From NCBI GenBank assembly GCA_002269645.1, contig NIVC01003993.1, positions 1 through 64,000 on the forward strand: a stretch of 64,000 nucleotides of DNA, written 5' to 3'. The translations under genes and the position numbers were made by a program. Source of the DNA: Macrostomum lignano. Lineage: Eukaryota. This document shows, piece after piece, positions 38,646 to 57,759 of the stretch; within the stretch, counting starts at the first letter, position 1; the number at the start of each line of letters is the position of its first letter. The notes under the pieces were generated by a model. That model saw nothing but the letters and a program-made list of their open reading frames with translations, did not search any database and was not told the DNA's origin.

Positions 38646-40114
38646 GGCGAGTTGTGCAGGAGAGCTGCCTCTTCTGCCTCGCCGATAGCTCCAGGCTCCA
38701 GCTCCATGGGCTCCTCCCGGATGGATTCCATGGTCGAGGGCGAGGTCGCTACCTGGGCGGCATTCTCGCTCTCGGCCCGGTTTTCCGGGGGGGGGGCCGC
38801 AGTGGTGACACTGGGCTGGGGGTGGCTGCGGTTGGGGGCCTTGGCGGTGTCCAGCAGCTGCTTCGCGCGCTGAGTCAGACCAGAGCGGATAGTGTTCCGG
38901 GCGAGTTTCCGGCCCTTTCCACGTCCGCCTGTTGCTGCAGCTTTCGCGGCTTTTTCTCTGACAGGGTCCACGTCCTCGGAGGGGTCGTGACGACCGGGAG
39001 CTTCTTTTCCTGGGCGTTTCCGCCCGGCAGAGCCCCCGACTGCCCGCTTACGCTTCTCCGGGGGCGGTGGGCGGGTGGCGTCAGACTCAAAGCTAAATAG
39101 CTGAATCTGCAACAGCCCGACAGAGATGATGGACATGTCCGGATAGCGGAGCATCCAGCTATCCGACAGTCCAAGAATAGCCGTGAAACCGTCTCCGCCC
39201 GGCTTGGAGATGGTCTCGTGAACTACGACACCGTTGGCCGGTAGCTCCGGGTTGGAAGCCACTAGCAGGTGACGCAGCTCGTCGGCCTTGGTGATGCAGC
39301 TGCGAGCCGGGATCCAGGCACGGTGCCGGTGTGTCCGGGGTCGCTCGTCCTCCCTGTAGATGAACAGGTTCTCCAGCTCCGTACCCCAGTCGAAGGTTTT
39401 CAGCAGCTCGAGGAGCTGCTGCCCTGACTGGCTGTCGGTGGGCTGGATATGGAGGGCTTGGTCCTCGACTTTCGTCTTTTGGACTCGAATAGTGGTGCCG
39501 CTCAAGGCCATCTTGACCAGGTGGGAGTCCAACCTGCGCCAGATAAGGTCGAGCTGTTCGGCCGTAAGAGGCGTCTCCTGGCCTTGGATAACCAGGGCCG
39601 GCTGCCTCTTGGCCATAGCCGCGTAGGTTCGCTTCGGCTTTGTGGTTTGGCCAGCGCCCGCCGCTTTGGATCCCTCCACGGCCGTGGGAGCTTCCACACG
39701 GGCAGAGGTCCGGTCACGGGAGGGGCCAGCCGCACCAGGAGCTTCGGCGGCACCTGACGCATCAGACCGGCGCGCGGGGTCCACCCCCTTGTCGGATGTC
39801 GGCTCCTCCGCGGGGTTCGCAGAGTTACCGGCACCCTCCTCAGAGGTGGCCGGAGGGGCGGCTTTCGCATTCCTCCGTTCCTCCGCTTTGCGCTGGAGGA
39901 AGGCTTTGTAGCGAGCAATGCTACGGGCCTTCTTTTTCGAAATCTGAGGTCCGCTGTCTTGTCCAGCCACTCCGGTATTATCCTGAGCGGCGGCAGCGGC
40001 AGATTGAGAGGCACCGGGGGTTCCGGTGTTGCGAATGTCCGGCTGGGCCGCGGTGCCAACCTCGGTTGGTGCTCCAGCAGCCTCGGACGCGTCGGAGGTA
40101 AATGAATACTCCAT
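38642..40114 (-). CDS. LINE ORF1 (490 aa), DUF4780-like core
   Basis: Intact ORF upstream of ORF2; HRAWIP..ELRHLLVASNPEL motif resembles recalled LOA-clade ORF1. Confidence 0.8.
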
Positions 40115-40719
40115 GAGTCGCTGAAAGGCGAGTGGGGACTAAAGGTGAGAAGCCGCTGGGCCGTAACCCCAAACCCAACAACCAGGCCAAGAGGTAGCGA
40201 CCGGGGGTGGCTTAAGCCCGTACCGGCCCGACCGCTAGCAACCGAGAAACTCCCCGGCTAAGAGCCCGGCTTGGAAAAACCAGAGGCCGAACCAAAGGAC
40301 CATCAGCACGGTACTACACTGGGCCCTTGAGGGAAGCAGGAGGACTGCCTCCGGAGCCTGCGGACTGGCCGCATACCCTGTTAAGGTCAGAGGGTGGTAC
40401 CTGTTCCTCAGAGCCGTGGCCAGAGGTACCTGATACGCACAGGTGCACTTCCGGGCGGAGCCCGTACCCAACTTGGCCAAAAGGCCACGGATGGGTTGCC
40501 GCCGCCGGAGCCCAGTCAGTTCAGCAGCCCTAGAGCTGCCTTGAACACATGCGGGGCGTGAACCCCTGGGTCGGCTTGCGAGTCAGCTTTGAGAGAGTTC
40601 TCCTGCCATTCCTGCACCAGAATAGAGGGGGTGCAGGTGTGTAGGATCGCAGACCTTAGCTCGTAGGCCTAATCTGTCTCATGCTACACAGGCGTGCTGT
40701 ACCCGCCATTGCATGCTAG

Positions 40720-40814
40720 TAATACCCATGCTTTGCGGGCGTTAATGAGAAATCCTCGGGCGCCTAACGGCGACCTCTGATTTTCCCATTAACGCCCTTA
40801 AAGCATGGGTATTA
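40720..40814. repeat. Palindromic hairpin (CTCGGGCGCCTAACGGCG loop), target of the LINE
   Basis: TAATACCCATGCTTT..GGGCGTTAATG / CATTAACGCCC..AAAGCATGGGTATTA. Confidence 0.85.
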
Positions 40815-41424
40815 ATGTACTATTACGTACTAACTGGTTAATAAGTATTTCGTGATCTTTAATTGTCTATAGTTAATTCAATGTTGGTGCTAAAATATAT
40901 TCAGTTGTTGTCTATGGCAAAAACGCGCTGTTTCTTTTACACTAAAAGGATGGAAGATTTCTTTCACATTCCTGCCCAGCAAATCGGATAGGAATTGTTA
41001 TGTAGGTTTTTAAACAATAGTGATTTTAGGAGGGGATTTTTCTTGTATTGTGACTTGTTTGGTATAAATTTATTGTTTAATATACTTTTTTGCGATTGAA
41101 TTCGTCCAAACTGCAAAACCTTTCGTCCACAAATGCTTTCTTAATGGGAGCTAAATTTAGATCATACCATAGACAACTGTGTTCACGCAAAACGGTTGAA
41201 CAAATATGAAATAATAAAATAACTGTTACATATTTGCATGCACTTGTGCTTGATCTATCTGCTAAGAATTTAGTCTATGGTTGAAACCATATATACTCGT
41301 ATGATAATTGGTGCAAGCTCAAGAAGAGCCTCTGCCCTTCTTTTATTCTTGAGCAAATATACGCCCGCTGGCATCTTCACGTCAAGCAACTGATCTCGTG
41401 TCTGTTTCTACGGTGTCCCAAACA

Positions 41425-41613
41425 AAACAATAACAACTGATTACACCTGCCCTAATGGGCAGATGTGCAACCGACAGCTCAGCCGCAGCTATTGCGCAGC
41501 GCATCTGAAGGCTGCGTACGGCTGTTCAGTCCAATGACTGGGGGGTCGCCACACACAGCCTCAATTACCCCCGCTAATGCTGGCACCCATTTTACAGCTG
41601 GGTGAACTGAAGC
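41425..41613. mobile_element. SINE-like fragment, copy A
   Basis: Similar to 44570-44745; shares ACCCATTTTACAGCTGGGTGAACTGAAGC, which resembles recalled Nin/Deu SINE central domains. Confidence 0.55.
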
Positions 41614-42026
41614 CAGTGCTGGGCGTTAACTAGTTAATTGTTTAACTAGTTAATTAACTAGTTAAATTTTTTTAAAAATCGTTAAATTTTCGTTAAATTT
41701 TTTATGTATTAACTAGTTAACAAAAATCGTTAATTTTTTTCTGTAAGTTAAAGTTAAATGACAAAAGTTAATAATTCCGGGAAATGGAGTTCCCCGGGTT
41801 CAAAATCCGCGGGTTTCAACAGCATGTATGCCATTAAAAAGTAAAATTAATGCATACATAAAATAACTTCGCCTTTCTAAGCATTATTTAACGCGTCACA
41901 AACTATTACATGTATATTATTTCAGTTACAAGTTATAATGTATAGAATATTCCGGAAGATTCTGGAATCTTCAACTATTATCTATTGATATTCTACTCAA
42001 GGACTACTAGAAGTTATCGTTGTACA

Positions 42027-43099
42027 TAGGGATGTCGATTCCCCGGGGAATTTTCTTATCGGGGACCCGGGTAATTTACTGTCATTCCCCGGGGACCCCG
42101 GGGACTCCGGGGAAAAAATAAGTAAAAAACGGCGGATAACTTAGATCTTAAGTCACTAAGTGGCATTTCTTAAACTTTGATTAAAGCTTTGGATGGACTA
42201 CATGTTCAAGGCGCAAGGGTAAAAACTTTAAGCAATGTTTGTTTAAAACTGTATTTGACAACGTGGCATCACCAAATCGTGCGCGCACCTTTATCAGAAA
42301 GGGTCCAGACTCCGGAGGCGGAAAATGCATACTCAGCAGCTGCAGTCGAGGGAGGATAATTAATGAATGAGACTGTTTTTATAATCGGAATTTTAATTTC
42401 TTGCAGATACATGTAAATCACCATTTTGTCCTGTCTAATAGGGAGTATTTTGTTATTGTATGACACCCCCCTATGCGTCAGTGACTGACGCAGGATACAG
42501 CGCTGTGCCTGCGTCAAATGCGTCAAGCCATCAACGCAGACCAACACAATAGTCAGTAAGGCTTCTTTTTCCTGACGGGTTTCTACGCTCGTACGTTCAA
42601 TTTGCTTGATTGAAAGACTCATAGTGAAAAAAACATTCAAACGGGTCGCTTTCATAAGACCGAAATTTCACAACGCCGAAAAGCACTACCCTTCACAAGA
42701 CCGAAACTTCAAAAGACCGAAATTTCACAACGCCGAAAATTCTGCATGCAATACAATCCTTATTGTAAGGTTTTCTACGATGTGAAACTTCGATCTTATG
42801 AAGCTTCGGTCTTGCGAAGTATGGTGTTTCGGCGCTGTGAAATTTCGGTCTTATGAACCCCCCCCCCATTCAAACGTGTGTTGTGTTTGAAATAATACAT
42901 TGAAATAAGCAGTTTTGCGGTAAAAAAGCATAGACAGAGTTTCAATCAGCTTTCTGTGAATGATTTTCTTATTTAAATGGCAAAAATTTAGTTAAAAATG
43001 CTTTTTTTCTCCCCGGGGTCCCCGGTCTAATTCCCCGGGGAGTATTCCCCGACAAGCTCCCCGAACCCCGGGGAGCCCTCCCCGGGGTCGACATCCCTA
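42027..43099 (-). mobile_element. Non-autonomous hAT element (TAGGGATGTCGA TIR) nested in the previous element
   Basis: 8-bp TSD GTTGTACA/GTTGTATA; CCCCGGGG subterminal repeats; remnant PPSTAAAEYAFSASG (hAT dimerisation-like motif). Confidence 0.85.
42643..42866. mobile_element. MULE-like MITE nested in the hAT element
   Basis: 9-bp TSD CATTCAAAC; GGG/CCC termini; long TIRs (TTCATAAGACCGAAATTTCAC). Confidence 0.8.
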
Positions 43100-43794
43100 G
43101 TTGTATACATGTAGTTGTAATTCTGCCTTCCCTGCTGCGCTGCTCCGCGTCGCGCTGCATAGATATTTCCTTGTCGCGTTGCACCATACTGCGCCATGTC
43201 GCGCCGCCGCGCGACTTCCCGCGCCGCCGCACGACCTTCTGCGCTGCGTCGCGCCACCGCGCGCCGCGCCGCACCGCGACCTGGCCACAGCCGCGCCGCG
43301 CCGACCTGAAATTTAAAAAACGCGCCGGACGCATGTCCGGGAAAATGTCACTTTTTCCGTTAGAGAATTATTAACTTTAACTTTTAACTTTTCAGAAGTT
43401 AAATTTTGGGCAAAAGTTAAATAATTAACTAGTTACAGTTAATTATTTTGGAGCAATTAAATTAACTTTTTAACTTTTAACGAGTTAAAAAAATTGATTA
43501 ACTTGCCCAGCACTGCAAAACTGACACTCTATGGTTTGTGTACCTAAAAAGTCCGCTTCATTTTTGACAACTCCGAATCAATATTGAACAGTTTACAATC
43601 GATTTTGACTAAGAAAAGATTTTAACAATTTTTACTAAGATTTCTCTCCTGAGGGGGGGTACTTGCTATTTGGGAGAAGGGGTACTGGCTGCATGTATCT
43701 ACGAGTACATGTATGGGAATATTTCTATCCAGGGATGCTTGCTAGAGTCCCTGCTCTCTCAAGGGACTCTAGCAAAAGGCCGGTCATTTAACAT

Positions 43795-44170
43795 CCCAAG
43801 ACAGCAAGCATCCACCCAGATAGCAAGCATCCACCCAGACAGCAAGCATCCACCCAGATAGCAAGCATCCTGCAGATAGCAAGCATCCCTCAGATAGAAG
43901 CATCTACCCAGATAGCAAGCATCCACCCAGATAGCAAGCATCCACCCAGACAGCAAGCATCCACCCAGATAGCAAGCATCCACCCAGATAGCAAGCATCC
44001 ACCCAGATAGCAAGCATCTACCCAGATAGCAAGCATTCACCCAGATAGCAAGCATCCACCCAGATAGCAAGCATTCACCCAGATAGCAAGCATCCACCCA
44101 GATAGCAAGCGTGCACCCAGATAGCAAGCATCCTGCAGATAGCAAGCATCCCCCAGATAGCAAGCATCCC
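43795..44170. repeat. 20-bp minisatellite (GATAGCAAGCATCCACCCA)
   Basis: Tandem unit. Confidence 0.93.
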
Positions 44171-44198
44171 CAAAAAATATACAATAAAGCATTACCTT

Positions 44199-44376
44199 GC
44201 CGACCCCATGGCAAACCAGAAGCAGTGGCATTGGCGGCAGCAGCATCAGCAGCAGCTGCTATCCTGCGTATGCGAGCACTTCTGGCCTGACTATCAAGGT
44301 CAGCATTGGCTTCATAGAGTGTATGAGCTGGTATTGGGCCAGATATGCCAGATGCGACCCAGCCACTCGAGGACAT
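44199..44376 (-). CDS. Possible first coding exon of an unidentified gene
   Basis: TTCAG acceptor 2 nt before ATG, Ala-rich ORF MSSSGWVASG.., donor G|GTAATG followed by a minisatellite; no downstream exon identified. Confidence 0.3.
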
Positions 44377-44569
44377 TGCTGAAGTAGAGATCTATTGGTT
44401 AATACATAACACAATAGAAGATTTATAAATCAAAGAGGCTGAGATGAGATGTTTTGATATTTTTCTTTGACTAAAATTCTCAAAAGTTTAGGTCAAAGGG
44501 TATGTGTAGATATAAGGGCTAAAAGCAAAAGGATCTAGATTCCAGACAAGAATTTACTAGTATGATAAA

Positions 44570-44745
44570 TATAATAATAATTATTATTGATTACAACTGC
44601 CCCAATGGGGCCAGTTTTGCAGCCGACAGCTAAAAAGACTACATATGGCTATTCAGTCCAAGGACTGGGGTCCCATGCACACCCTTAATCACCCCACCTA
44701 TTGCTTTACCCATTTTACAGCTGGGTGAACTGAAGCAGTACGTGG
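44570..44745. mobile_element. SINE-like fragment, copy B
   Basis: Homologous to 41425-41613; (TAA/ATT)n tail at left. Confidence 0.55.
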
Positions 44746-45324
44746 ACACTTTTCAATGTTGCTGAGTGTATCTGCCACAAATTGAACGAGCGCTAAAAGA
44801 TAAATTAAAGCTAAGGAAAAGGGTTTCTTGGCCATTTTCATCCATTTCTTAAGGTGGGACGACGATTTTCTATTGGTCGGCAATGTCCACCGAAAATTTT
44901 TGTGCTGATTAGTGAGAGTCCAATGTCTCTACTTGTAGAAGTCAAATTGCTAGGAGATAGCCTAAAATGCAATCATCATTCACCACTCCTCTCTCCCCTC
45001 CTCTGGCCCCACAAGTCATGCACTCGATTCTGGGATAAGTCTTTGAGGATAGGCCTTTGATGATTTCAGGTCCTCTTTAGAACCCCCCTCCCCTAACCCT
45101 AGCAGCGAGAAATTCCGTGATGGACTCCATCACCTGATTGGCGAAGGCTTGATTTTTAACTAGTATAATAGATTAATTTAGTCATACATTCATCATTGAT
45201 TAATTTAGGCCAACTTTCTAGTTCTAACTTTTCATGGGAATTGACGCATTCAACGAGAATTTTAATTATTGTTTTTGCTGATTTCAGCAAGAACATGTAA
45301 GATCTACTGCCTATAGACCTGGAA

Positions 45325-45590
45325 AAGAAGATGACGCCCCTTGGATAAATCGATGGCGCCCCTCGGATAGCGATGTCGCCCTTTGAATACCGATGACGCC
45401 CCTTGGATATTGATGGCGCCCCTCGAATAGCGATATGACGCCCTTTGAATATCGATGTCGCCCTTTGGATAATGATGGCGCCTATCGATGGTGCCCCTTA
45501 TGGATATTGATGGCGCCCTTTGATCATATCGATGGCCTCTTTTGGATATGATGGCGCCCCTTGGATAGCGATGGCGCCCCTCGGATGGCA
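45325..45590. repeat. Degenerate about 21-bp tandem repeat (GATGGCGCCCCTTGGATATC-like)
   Basis: Directly visible. Confidence 0.8.
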
Positions 45591-45827
45591 ATGACTCCCA
45601 TAGCAATTTGGCGGCCCCATTCTTCTACTAAATATTTTATTCACGAAATTGATTACAGCAATAACATTAGCCATTATTAATACTTATTTCTATTTATTGC
45701 TCAACACTTGATTGGATTGTCACTTTAGGAGAGTATTACATCTTGAACTGTGTTATTTTGGAGTGTAATTTTGCACAACAGTGAAGAGTGAAGATATTCT
45801 GTTTCACGTTTTTTAGGGTCACAGTGC

Positions 45828-46208
45828 CTAGCACCGATCGAGCAGCCTCTTGTCGTGGCAGGTCAGCATGGGTTTTGAGAAAGTCTCAAACACAAGCATG
45901 GCAGCTTTGCCGCCGCAAAATTCATCGTTGTTCCCAGAGCAGGTGCTCCTGCACAACTCCGCCTTAGGTAGAGGAGAATCTAGGTAAAGTTTCGAGTTGC
46001 CGCAGTAACATTCGGAACCACGGTACAGGCCAAAATACTTGAGGTATCGCTTTCTGCACGTTATCTGGCAGACACTGTGCGACATGAACTTTCGACTGTC
46101 TGCAGTTGTGACTTGGTGGCCAAGGACCGGCTGCCTTACCGTTGTCGGAAAACAGCCGACCAATTTCCCTGGGGACAATGTTTTAGTAGACTTTAAAGTT
46201 GAGTTCAT
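45828..46208 (-). CDS. WSC-domain ORF or exon
   Basis: VGCF..MSHSVCQITC..YFGLYRGSECYCG..C...CSGNNDEFCGG..MLVF is the canonical WSC Cys pattern. Confidence 0.8.
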   Translation of the reverse strand: MNSTLKSTKTLSPGKLVGCFPTTVRQPVLGHQVTTADSRKFMSHSVCQITCRKRYLKYFGLYRGSECYCGNSKLYLDSPLPKAELCRSTCSGNNDEFCGGKAAMLVFETFSKPMLTCHDKRLLDRC

Positions 46209-46319
46209 TTTTGAAAAAAAGGAATTGTGAGGGAAATAGTTCCATGCAAATACCCTTCGATTCGGGGAAATCCTCGATTACGGAATTCCTAAAAATGGAA
46301 AACCCTCAATAAGGGAATC

Positions 46320-46790
46320 CTGAATGCGGGAAATCCTATTCCAATATGTGGAGAAATCCTCTGTAGGGAAATCCTCGATAGGGGAATCCTCAACAGGGGA
46401 ATCTTCGACAGGGAGATCCTCGATAGACGATAGGGGAATTCTCCATTGGGAAATCTTCGATAGGGGGATCCTCCACAGGGAAATCCTCGATAGGGGGATC
46501 CTCCACAGGGAAATCCTCGATAGAGAAATTATCCATTGGGAAATCCTCGATAGGGGGATCCTCCACAGGGAAATCCTCGATAGGGGGATCCTCCACAGGG
46601 AAATCCTCGATAGGGAAATCCTCGATAGGGGATAGGGGGTCCTCCACAGGGAAATCCTCGATAGGGAAATTCTTCATATGGAATGATCGATAGGGGGATC
46701 CTCCACAAGGAAATCCTCGATAGGGAAATCCTCGATAGTGGAATCCTCAATGGAGGATTCCAGAGAGATTCCCTGGATAATGGAAATCTT
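46320..46790. repeat. About 30-bp degenerate minisatellite (GGGAAATCCTCGATAGGGGGATCCTCCACA)
   Basis: Directly visible. Confidence 0.85.
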
Positions 46791-47457
46791 CGACATGAGC
46801 AATTTCAATTAAGGAAATCCTTAATAAAGGGAATTATCTTTAAGGCTCGTTCACACCGCCATCAAAAAGCCCAAAAAATAAACACACACGACTTGCACAT
46901 CAACTTTAATTTTTTTGTACATCGGTCGTGCAATTTAACACGGGAAATCCTCACGAAGATTGCGAATCTGACGATTATTTTAACAAGCATATAACTTACA
47001 TTTAGAGAACTCCTGATCAGGTGTATCCGACCAGGAAACCTGGAGCTGACTTATGACGACAATAATTATCAAGATGCAGCTTAGTAAGCGCATTGTTAGC
47101 AAGCAGCGAGTGATTTCGTACAGATCAGAGTTTTCTTTAACCAAGTTTATTTACTAAAACATTTCAACTTAATACTTATTCGATTCGAAGTAATTTAAAA
47201 AAGTAAATTTGTTTCGAAACCGCTTAGAAGCAGAAATTGATCAGAAATTCTTTAAGCGAATGGAATGTTTAATACATTCTAATCTAGCGAATGACTGGAA
47301 GAGCCTTATGCTATAGATGCCATGCTACCGTTCCTGCATATTTACGACTCATGGAGTTTGAAAAATTGCATCTGGGGTGAACTTAGACAACCCCACATGC
47401 ATAAGAGTACGTCTGCACGTGTGGAGCATTGAATTTTGTGGTTTCAAAACAAACCTG

Positions 47458-48170
47458 GGGAGTGGCAGCTGTGCCTCATTGAAGTATCTGAGGAGTGGCA
47501 GCTGTGCATCACTGAAGTATCTGAGGAGTGGCAGCTGTGCATCACTGAAGTATCGGAGGAGTGGCAGCTGTGCGTCACTGAAGGACATGAGGAGTGGCAG
47601 CTGTGCATCACTGAAGGACATGAGGAGTGGCAGCTGTGCGTCACTGAAGGACATGAGGAGTGGCAGCTGTGCATCACTGAAGGACATGAGGAGTGGCAGC
47701 TTGCCTCACTGAAGGACCTGAGGAGTGGCAGCTGTACCTCACTGAAGTCTGAGGAGGGGTAGCTGTGCATCACTGAAGGACATGAGGAGTGGCAGCTGTG
47801 CATCACTGAAGGACATGAGGAGTGGCAGCTGTGCCTCACTGAAGGACCTGAGGAGTGGCAGCTGTACCTCACTGAAGTCTGAGGAGGGGCAGCTGTGCAT
47901 CACTGAAGGACATGAGGAGTGGCAGCTGTGCATCACTGAAGTATCTGAGGAGTGGCAGCTGTGCGTCACTGAAGTATCTGAGGAGTGGCAGCTGTGCGTC
48001 ACTGAAGTATCTGAGGAGTGGCAGCTGTGCCTCACTGAAGTATCTAAGAAGTGGCAGCTGTGCATCACTGAAGTATCTGAGGAGTGGCAGCTGTGCATCA
48101 CTGAAGGACATGAGGAGTGGCAGCTTTGCCTCACTGAAGTATCTAAGAAGTGGCAGCTGTGCCTCATTAA
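47458..48170. repeat. 33-bp minisatellite (GAGGAGTGGCAGCTGTGCATCACTGAAGGACAT / ...GTATCT)
   Basis: Tandem unit with variant blocks. Confidence 0.93.
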
Positions 48171-48340
48171 AGAACCCCAAGAGACCATAAAATCAACGAA
48201 TGATTTGTTATTTTTTATATAAAAATGATCAAGCACAAAAGAAGTGCAATTGAGTTTTTGCTTATATATTTACATGCAGAGAAAACACAGTCAATTTGAA
48301 AACACCCTAAGCACGCCCTGAAGCATTTGTCAGTTATTAA

Positions 48341-55860
<7,520 letters not shown>

Positions 55861-55934
55861 CTGAAGTGGGAGTTGAAGATTTTCCCTCACTCTTTACCTT
55901 CGACTCTATACGAATTTTTACACCTGACGCTTTC

Positions 55935-56335
55935 TACCCCTGACTCTCTTTACCGCTGACTCTCTTTACCGCTGACTCTCTTTACCGCTGACTCTCTTTA
56001 CCGCTGACTCTCTTTACCCCAGACTCTCTTTACCCCTGACTCTCTTTACCGCTGACTCTCTCCACCCTTGACTCTCTTTACCCCTGACTCTCTTTACCGC
56101 TGACTCTCTTTACCCCTGACTCTCTTTACCGCTGACTCTCTCCACACTTGACTCTCTTTACCGCTGACTCTCTTTACCCCTGACTCTCTTTACCGCTGAC
56201 TCTCTCCACCCCTGACTCTCTTTACCGCTGACTCTCTCCACACTTGACTCTCTTTACCGCTGACTCTCTTTACCCCTGACTCTCTTTACCGCTGACTCTC
56301 TCCACCCCTGACTCTCTTTACCCCTGACTCTCTTC
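55935..56335. repeat. 16-bp minisatellite (CTGACTCTCTTTACCG)
   Basis: Tandem unit. Confidence 0.93.
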
Positions 56336-56684
56336 ACCCTCTCTCCATCCACCTCTGACTCCACCTAAACTATACGTACCCTGAACACCTGAACACCCCA
56401 TTCTCTATATCGCAGTCTCTTATAAAGTCTATTTGAGTTACTCTCGAGAAACTTTAATAAACCACGATAATAACATTCCTAACCTATGTAACTAAACGCA
56501 AATCAATAAAAGAAACTGGAATAGTAAATAATTGTATAGTAAACTGTTATAAAGTATTATTTGGTTATAAACTATACATTTCTTTTTAAAATATAATGCA
56601 AACTAGATATATCATCAGACAGGAAACTATTAAAAGCATACTATGAAACATAGATAAACAGATGAGAGCTTGCTCCGCAATTGA

Positions 56685-57200
56685 GGATCTGCGAGGCTGG
56701 CCCAGCAACTGATCTGGGAGGCTGGCCCAGCAACTTAGGATCTGGGAGGCTGGCACAGCAACTGGGGGTCTGGGAGGCTGGCCCAGCAACTGATGATCTG
56801 GGAGGCTGGCTCAGCAACTGACACTCTGGGAGGCTGGCCCAGCAACTGACACTCTGGGAGGCTGCCCCAGCAACTGACACGGGAGGCTGGCCCAGTAACT
56901 GAAGATCTGGGAGGCTGGCCCAGTAACTGAAGATCTGGAAGGCTAGCCCAGCAACTGAGGATCTGGGAGGCTGGCCCAGCAACTGAGGATCTGGGAGGCT
57001 GGCCCAGCAACTGAGGATCTGGGAGGCTGGCCCAGTAACTGAAGATCTGGGAGGCTGGCCCAGTAACTGAAGATCTGGAAGGCTAGCCCAGCAACTGAGG
57101 ATCTGGGAGGCTGGCCCAGCAACTGAGGATCTGGGAGGCTGGCCCAGCAACTGAGGATCTGGGAGGCTGGCCCAGGAACTGAGGATCTGGGAGGCCATCA
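56685..57200. repeat. 28-bp minisatellite (CTGGGAGGCTGGCCCAGCAACTGAGGAT), array 1
   Basis: Tandem unit. Confidence 0.93.
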
Positions 57201-57229
57201 TTTTCAATGGAAAGAAGTCTACAACACAG

Positions 57230-57742
57230 TCAATCAGACGCCTGCCCTTCCTCCATCATCTGCTGGATGAGATGCCGGAGCACCAGTTTGTAGTCGCGGC
57301 TGTACTGCACCCCGGAGCCGCCGCCACTTGCAGTTTTGTGTTTCCTCCTTCGCTGCACGCAAGCCGCCGCTGACGACGCCGAGGCAGCCGCCCGGTGCTC
57401 CGAGCTCGACGCAGCAGACTTCCTTTTCGCCTCTTCGCGAAGTCGCTTGAGCCGTCGACGAACCCGGCGCTCCGTAGCTGCCACGGCTTCTTCAGTTGCT
57501 GGGGTAGAACCCGATGCCAATGGTTGACCTTCGGCTGCTGGCATCGAGGAATTCGAAGCTTCAAACGACGATGTCTGTCGCGAATGCTCACCTCTTCTTA
57601 AACCATCAACAGTCCAGCCTAACTGGTTCAGAGCATCAGTGAGCAGGGCTTCGCATTGTGCGACTACTTTGGAAAGTTCTTGAGCATTCGCTGAACTGTA
57701 GGAGGGTGGCACTGCGGCTTGGTGTTCTGACTGTTGGGCCAT
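57230..57742 (-). CDS. SNRNP48: SNRNP48 (U11/U12 snRNP 48K)-like protein, 170 aa, single exon, no CHHC finger
   Basis: QELSKVVAQCEALLTDALNQLGWTVDGL resembles recalled human QEELNEFVESGCRTLEEVTASLGWDLDSL. REEAKRK resembles VEETKKK. QRRRKH..DYKLVLRHLIQQMMEE resembles KRRRQSY..SYTEVIRDVINVHMEE. Confidence 0.58.
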   Translation of the reverse strand: MAQQSEHQAAVPPSYSSANAQELSKVVAQCEALLTDALNQLGWTVDGLRRGEHSRQTSSFEASNSSMPAAEGQPLASGSTPATEEAVAATERRVRRRLKRLREEAKRKSAASSSEHRAAASASSAAACVQRRRKHKTASGGGSGVQYSRDYKLVLRHLIQQMMEEGQASD

Positions 57743-57759
57743 GAATAGGGAATAGAAGC

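Larger units (their letters stand above)
41614..43515. mobile_element. Non-autonomous DNA transposon, CAGTGCTGGGC TIRs with TTAACTAGTTAA subterminal repeats
   Basis: Inverted termini visible; no matching TSD found. Confidence 0.7.

Noticed and set aside
42269-42655. 128-aa ORF as an intact hAT protein
   Set aside because: It starts inside the MULE-like MITE; only a short dimerisation-motif remnant is recognisable
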